DNA of 64,000 bases, taken from assembly GCA_000146045.2 (NCBI GenBank), contig BK006938.2, positions 256,001-320,000 on the forward strand, in the 5' to 3' direction. This document shows, one piece after another, positions 59,019 to 64,000 of this stretch; the first letter of the stretch is position 1; the number at the start of each line of letters is the position of its first letter. The DNA comes from TPA_inf: Saccharomyces (Eukaryota). Under the pieces are notes generated by a model. It did no database searches. It was given only the letters and a program-made list of their open reading frames with translations, and was not told the DNA's origin. Both the position numbers and the translations under genes were made by a program.

Positions 59019-59356
59019 CGGCCTTTGTCTTTCTCTTTTGCAGAATCAACTCTATTTTCCCCACCCCCCCGCTTTTTTTTTTTCATGTTCCTTTACCAAT
59101 CTTTGAAAAATCACGAGATGGTGCATATTTGACAAGGAACGCTTAAAACATCGTGGAGTGAGTGTGGTAAAGGTAAACTGGTCATAGCGGAATTGGTCAT
59201 AGCGGCGTAGTGCAGCGCAGCCACTAGGAGGATATGGTTTCCTTTCCTTCAATTTACTTGAGTATAAAATATCATAGTAAGCGAAACATTATACAACGAT
59301 ATGAGTCAAGATACAAAGGAGTATAGAGTTAAGAAAAATATAAAAATTGAAGTAGC

Positions 59357-60388
59357 TCATAGCTTGGAAGAGTCTAGGATGAAACTCTTGCCTTTTTCAA
59401 TATTCTTGCGTAGCTCTTTGACCGCAGTATTAACGAGTTGTTCCTCTCTCGGAGACAGTTTTTCCAGAACACTGGTATCGATGGATACTACGCTACCATT
59501 TCTCAAAACAATTGGCAAGGAAAAATACTCAATAGAGTTGTCGCCAACTAATTGCTGCGCTTTCTTACCGTTTTTTAAGCCTGGTAAATAAACGAATGCG
59601 GAAAGTGACTCCGTTTCTGGTTTCTCATTATGGAAGCTCCTCAAAACTTCTTCAGCAAACTTGGCCCCCGCGAACGCCATGGACAACGTGGCGGAACCGG
59701 CGCCCTGTTTAGCTTTGACAATTTCATCACCTCCGAACTGGACCCTATGAATGAAGTGCTCGTACTGCTTATCAAGTTGAAATACCAGCGATTTGTCGGT
59801 GATTATTGGGATAATGGTTTCCCCTGAATGACCCCCAATAACAGTGACCTTTCTGTGCATTGTAGTTTTGTCTTGTTCTTGTCCAATTTTGGGGTTTTTT
59901 AGCATCAAATAATCTACCAAAAAGGTTTCTGCACGTACCAGGTCAAGGTTCGTCACACCCATAACGTTTCCAGGTTTGAACTTACCCATTTTCTTCAAAG
60001 TTTCCACAGCAATAGGGACCAAACTGTTTACAGGGTTTGAAATGACTAAAATCCTCGCATTTGGTGCGAACTTTCCAACAGCGGTTACCAGGCTTTTGAC
60101 AATACCGGCGTTCATCTTGAACAAATCATCTCTAGTTAAACCGGGCTTTCTGGGAACACCAGCCGGTATTAGCACCACCTGAGCATTTGACAAGGTGTTC
60201 TCAATACTATCCTTATCATAACCGACACAACTTGAGTTGGTGTTGATGTGAGATAAATCCTTACCAATGCCTTCCGCAGCTCGGATATCGTACAACGCCA
60301 GCTCGGAAACGTAAGGGCTTAATTTTAGCAGTAATGATAGCGGTTGTCCCACGCCACCAGAAGCGCCAAGAATTGCGACTTTGACCAT
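59357..60388 (-). CDS. MDH3: Peroxisomal malate dehydrogenase with C-terminal PTS1 tripeptide SKL (343 aa)
   Basis: MDH NAD-binding N-terminus [20 protein letters not shown], catalytic region, terminal ...DSSKL. 343 aa. Confidence 0.9.
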   Translation of the reverse strand: MVKVAILGASGGVGQPLSLLLKLSPYVSELALYDIRAAEGIGKDLSHINTNSSCVGYDKDSIENTLSNAQVVLIPAGVPRKPGLTRDDLFKMNAGIVKSLVTAVGKFAPNARILVISNPVNSLVPIAVETLKKMGKFKPGNVMGVTNLDLVRAETFLVDYLMLKNPKIGQEQDKTTMHRKVTVIGGHSGETIIPIITDKSLVFQLDKQYEHFIHRVQFGGDEIVKAKQGAGSATLSMAFAGAKFAEEVLRSFHNEKPETESLSAFVYLPGLKNGKKAQQLVGDNSIEYFSLPIVLRNGSVVSIDTSVLEKLSPREEQLVNTAVKELRKNIEKGKSFILDSSKL

Positions 60389-60706
60389 GTTTATGATTGT
60401 TTGTCTCTTTTTATTTTCTTTTGCACTGACAAGTGTTTTCCCTTGATTTACGAAGGCCTTGATTGTTTTATGCTTGAATTCAAACCCAGCAATTCTTCCT
60501 TTTTCCCTTAGTCTTTTATAGGCCGGCGAAATTTATGATGGGCAGTAAAACTCCAATAGTAACGAACCGAAGGGGTTCAAAAGTTGTCAACTCGTGGAAA
60601 TTCACACGTAAGAAGGATACAGAAAATCTTGAGTAATAGACCATGCCAAGCATGTCCACTAGTCATAACGGCATTGCTCGTCATACGATAGGGTATTGAA
60701 CACCTT

Positions 60707-60729
60707 TCGGCCGGACCGGCGTTAACTCC
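60707..60729 (-). promoter_or_regulatory. Oleate response element-like sequence (CGG-N3-TNA-N11-CCG) upstream of MDH3
   Basis: The minus strand reads CGGAGTTAACGCCGGTCCGGCCG, about 320-340 bp upstream of the MDH3 ATG. It fits the Oaf1/Pip2 ORE consensus CGGN3TNAN9-12CCG. Confidence 0.5.
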
Positions 60730-60970
60730 GGCCATATAAATGTGGTAAAAAAGGGTACTGCGCTAATGGCCTACAAGTGTTCAAAACCTCTTCTATATAA
60801 TAAGTTATAGTGTTCTTGTACATATGTCGCAGGCGCGAATACGTGATGTGATTTTAGCTGTTTAATTTTAAATTTTGTTCTTTTCCTAAACAATTCACGG
60901 AAAATCAACTGAGAGATTTTTAATATATATAAGAAATACTAACAACAATAACAGCAGCTGTTAAGGGATC

Positions 60971-63900
60971 TTACTTATTATTTAGCTCATTTATAACTTC
61001 TCCCAAAGTCTTCTGTTTAATTCTCGAGGACTTTTCATTTTTAGCGTTAAACCGCTCCTGTAGTACTTTCCCACAGTTATAATGGGTGATGATATTTCTG
61101 CCTTCCCTGGTGAACCAGGAAATCGAATCTGTTCCAAAATTTGAAATTACTTTCTTGCAAATAGGACATTTATGGCTATCTGATAAGACTCCATACGATG
61201 ACATGCGTTCATTGAGTTTGTATGTGGTGGCCACAAGCTCAACCTGGAGGAGTGCCTTTTCTAATCTGGTCTCATCCATCTTTGATGTGTGCTTCTTTAA
61301 TAATTGCGACACCACCCTACCAATATCGTACAAGGAAATATCTTGAGGTAAATTTTTGTATATTTCCGCTGAATTCAATTTTGAACCATGGTCTTGCAAA
61401 AAATTCAGAATCAGCTTGGAGTTCCTATTGGAATCGTATATGGAGACTAACTTGCTGTACAAGTACAATAGAAGCTCTTCTCCCTTTGTCGAATCACTTT
61501 GGTACACGTCGTTACAGTAACTTGTCGCCGCTTTGTAATCATCTATCTCATCAAGTAATATATGCACAGCTTCCTTATGGTTTTCTAATTTTGATAAGGG
61601 GAAAATCTTTAGGTACTTTACGAAATTTAGTTGATTGGTTGGCAACTGGTCAGAGCCACTCTCAATAGCATCGTTCAATAACTTTAAAATTGTTCTAGGC
61701 TCATAGACAGATGTTGTTTCTAATAAAGACTTTAATTTGATTCTTGTGGAGGGAATATCTAAGTTTTCAAGATATAACTTGATCAGGACAGTATGCAATT
61801 TATTTCCCTCTAATCTAAAAGTACTAATTGCAAATTCTAAGTATTGTATGGCAAGTAACTTGTCGAACTTTTTGATGTACCCATACACTTTCAAATGGTC
61901 CCTACTGCTACAGGCTTGAGAATCATAAAAAAAAATCGAGGAAAGGATTTCTTTAATTGAGTCGTTGTGTCGATTTAGTAGCCAATCAGTATAAGTGAAT
62001 ATAACGTCTAACTGCGGGTTTGATAATTTTTTCAAATAATAAATAACTAATATTTTGACACCGTGATCGATTTTTTGGCGTTGTTTCTGGTCAGTATTAT
62101 CATTTTCCAACTCATCGACCAAATCCGTGAGAAATTTCAAAGCTTCTTCATGATTACCACGTTTATAGTAAAAATCAATTAAATCTTTGAACATATGGCG
62201 TATTTTTAATTCGGTCACTATAACATGGGAATCGCAGTGGTTTTCTACACGAATGAATGGACCCACCATGGGGGGGTTATAGTAAAGATAACATTTGAAT
62301 AAAACTGTATCTATCAGAGTTAACATTGTGTTAAGGTCAACATCATCGTGGTTGCTGATCAGAAAGAAATCAAAACTTTGCTTGATTTCACGGTCGCGAT
62401 AGCACCAAGTTATGCGGCTTTCGTCATCGTTTTCCTTGCTTAATAAGTTTTGCAAATGTCGCCTTGTGTCAGTCAAATAAGGTAAACACCATCTGTTCAA
62501 TAAGTGTGGCGGGATGTCATAAGTTTCCTTAACCTCCTCGGCTTCCTTCAACAAGCAGTGATGCTCTTGGCCCGTAATTTCCAATACCAAGCTTGAAATG
62601 GCTGAGGGAAAAACTTTCAAAATAACTAATTGAGGTGGAGCCCAAAATTTTATAAATAGGTCAAAAATACTCTTGATGATCATTTCTTCACATTTAGAAC
62701 GAATCATTCTCGAGTTTCTACTCCTTTCTAGTTGTACCATATAATTTTGAAACTTATCGAAGATTCTTAGACACCACATCACTGTTAAATCCCTTAGTTT
62801 CATAGCACATATATCCAAGGATTCTTCTGGATTGTCCGAAACACATAACTCCTTAGAATGAGGAGAATCAATGAAGAACTTATAGAAAAGCACTTTTCTC
62901 CATAGTTGATAAAAATCAGGATCATTAATGTCACCACAAATAGACTCTTGATCATCATCTTCAGAGCCATCATCTACATGATAAGAGAATAACTGTACTT
63001 CGTCGTTTGAAGTCCATACTAAAAAGTAGGTTCCCGAGAGATTTTTGACCCATTTTATACCTTCTGGTATTTTTTGTTGCAAAAAAGTAAATCCATTTTC
63101 ATAATCAACAAACTTGATGGTACTTGAATTATATAACATCAGGAGGTTGGACGACAAATATTGCATGTGATCGAATTCGGAATTTGATTCGGAAAATGTA
63201 GCATGGTCAGTGGCGATCAAAAATGGTTCCTCATTGTTATGCATTAACTCTACCTTGAAAATTTTTTTTGTAGCACCATCAATTATCATTGGGGTAGCGT
63301 CATTGCCGTCCAATTCAAAAGTATATCGTATTTTGTTGCCACGCTCGTTTCTTATGGTCCTATACCATAAGCTTGACATGCTCGACTTCCTGGACATTCT
63401 ATCCATAGAAGAAAAGGATTGAGCATCAAAATGGCTATTCTTTTTGGGCTTCTTTTCAATGACTTTCTCCGCCTGCTCTTTGAGTTCGGTTAATGCTGAT
63501 ATCATATCTTTTGGGAATTTGTTTTTCACTGTTTTTTCTATTCTGATTAGAGAGGGTTTATTATATGGCCAATGATAGATACCTAAATCTGTCGCTAAGG
63601 TGATTCCTGTTTCACCAGGATATATGGACCGAATGGTTTCCTTTCTATACGATAACGATGCTTCCATCATATTTTTGTAAGTCCTACCCTCCCATATTAA
63701 TACTCTCATCTTGGCAGTATTGATGGTTGAATATATTAGGTAAGTATTCTTTTCTTCTTTATTTTTGTGTGACCTTTCAAAGAGCCAGCAATGGTTTATA
63801 CCTCTTCTGTCAATTATTCGATCATATTCGTGTAAATTTGTAGTGCTCAATAAAATTAAGGTTTCTTTACATTGTGCAAAGATAGTTGAAAGCTCGTTGG

Positions 63901-64000
63901 CAAAATAAAAGTTTTCAATCACTGGAGGCAAAGGATCATTTTTGGCGTTTTGTAAGAGATCAGGATATACTTGAAATAATTTGAGTGTATTGCCATCTCG
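60971..64000 (-). CDS. VAM6: HOPS complex subunit / Ypt7 GEF with CNH domain. The gene continues beyond the window edge, so its N-terminus is missing.
   Basis: Open frame continues upstream of the first in-window Met (63931) to the window edge. Clathrin-heavy-chain-repeat/CNH-like sequence. 986+ aa visible, versus about 1049 aa for Vam6. Confidence 0.75.
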   Translation of the reverse strand, partial: RDGNTLKLFQVYPDLLQNAKNDPLPPVIENFYFANELSTIFAQCKETLILLSTTNLHEYDRIIDRRGINHCWLFERSHKNKEEKNTYLIYSTINTAKMRVLIWEGRTYKNMMEASLSYRKETIRSIYPGETGITLATDLGIYHWPYNKPSLIRIEKTVKNKFPKDMISALTELKEQAEKVIEKKPKKNSHFDAQSFSSMDRMSRKSSMSSLWYRTIRNERGNKIRYTFELDGNDATPMIIDGATKKIFKVELMHNNEEPFLIATDHATFSESNSEFDHMQYLSSNLLMLYNSSTIKFVDYENGFTFLQQKIPEGIKWVKNLSGTYFLVWTSNDEVQLFSYHVDDGSEDDDQESICGDINDPDFYQLWRKVLFYKFFIDSPHSKELCVSDNPEESLDICAMKLRDLTVMWCLRIFDKFQNYMVQLERSRNSRMIRSKCEEMIIKSIFDLFIKFWAPPQLVILKVFPSAISSLVLEITGQEHHCLLKEAEEVKETYDIPPHLLNRWCLPYLTDTRRHLQNLLSKENDDESRITWCYRDREIKQSFDFFLISNHDDVDLNTMLTLIDTVLFKCYLYYNPPMVGPFIRVENHCDSHVIVTELKIRHMFKDLIDFYYKRGNHEEALKFLTDLVDELENDNTDQKQRQKIDHGVKILVIYYLKKLSNPQLDVIFTYTDWLLNRHNDSIKEILSSIFFYDSQACSSRDHLKVYGYIKKFDKLLAIQYLEFAISTFRLEGNKLHTVLIKLYLENLDIPSTRIKLKSLLETTSVYEPRTILKLLNDAIESGSDQLPTNQLNFVKYLKIFPLSKLENHKEAVHILLDEIDDYKAATSYCNDVYQSDSTKGEELLLYLYSKLVSIYDSNRNSKLILNFLQDHGSKLNSAEIYKNLPQDISLYDIGRVVSQLLKKHTSKMDETRLEKALLQVELVATTYKLNERMSSYGVLSDSHKCPICKKVISNFGTDSISWFTREGRNIITHYNCGKVLQERFNAKNEKSSRIKQKTLGEVINELNNK

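Overview
This window is a gene-dense, housekeeping stretch of a budding-yeast nuclear chromosome. Every large ORF translates to a protein I recognise as Saccharomyces cerevisiae chromosome IV left arm, running from the YDL114W C-terminus to the VAM6 (YDL077C) C-terminal part. Gene order, sizes and orientations fit the S288C map. Names come from my recognition of the translated proteins and remembered protein lengths, not from any search I could run.

About 38 protein-coding genes on both strands fill roughly 75-80% of the window. Four genes carry classic yeast spliceosomal introns: KIN28, RPS16B, RPL13A and MRK1. Each has a GTATGT donor, a TACTAAC branch point and a YAG acceptor that I located exactly. 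Three ORF-track starts are upstream in-frame ATGs, so I trimmed them to the known starts for NSE4, DUN1 and PMT5; YDL109C is similar but its shorter start rests only on my memory.

I found no tRNA, rRNA, snoRNA, CRISPR array, Ty element or LTR. The non-coding signals are promoter motifs, homopolymer tracts and a few short repeats or palindromes. These are MCB boxes upstream of POL3, NSE4 and DUN1, paired Rap1 sites in the RPS16B/RPL13A divergent promoter, an oleate-response-element-like site upstream of MDH3, an RRPE upstream of RRP42, and STRE motifs upstream of MRK1.

I see no evidence for a novel or undescribed system here. The window is ordinary chromosomal core. The most structurally interesting content is the PMT1-PMT5 tandem paralog pair, the intron-containing ribosomal-protein gene cluster with a shared promoter, and a handful of unexplained short repeats and palindromes in intergenic DNA.
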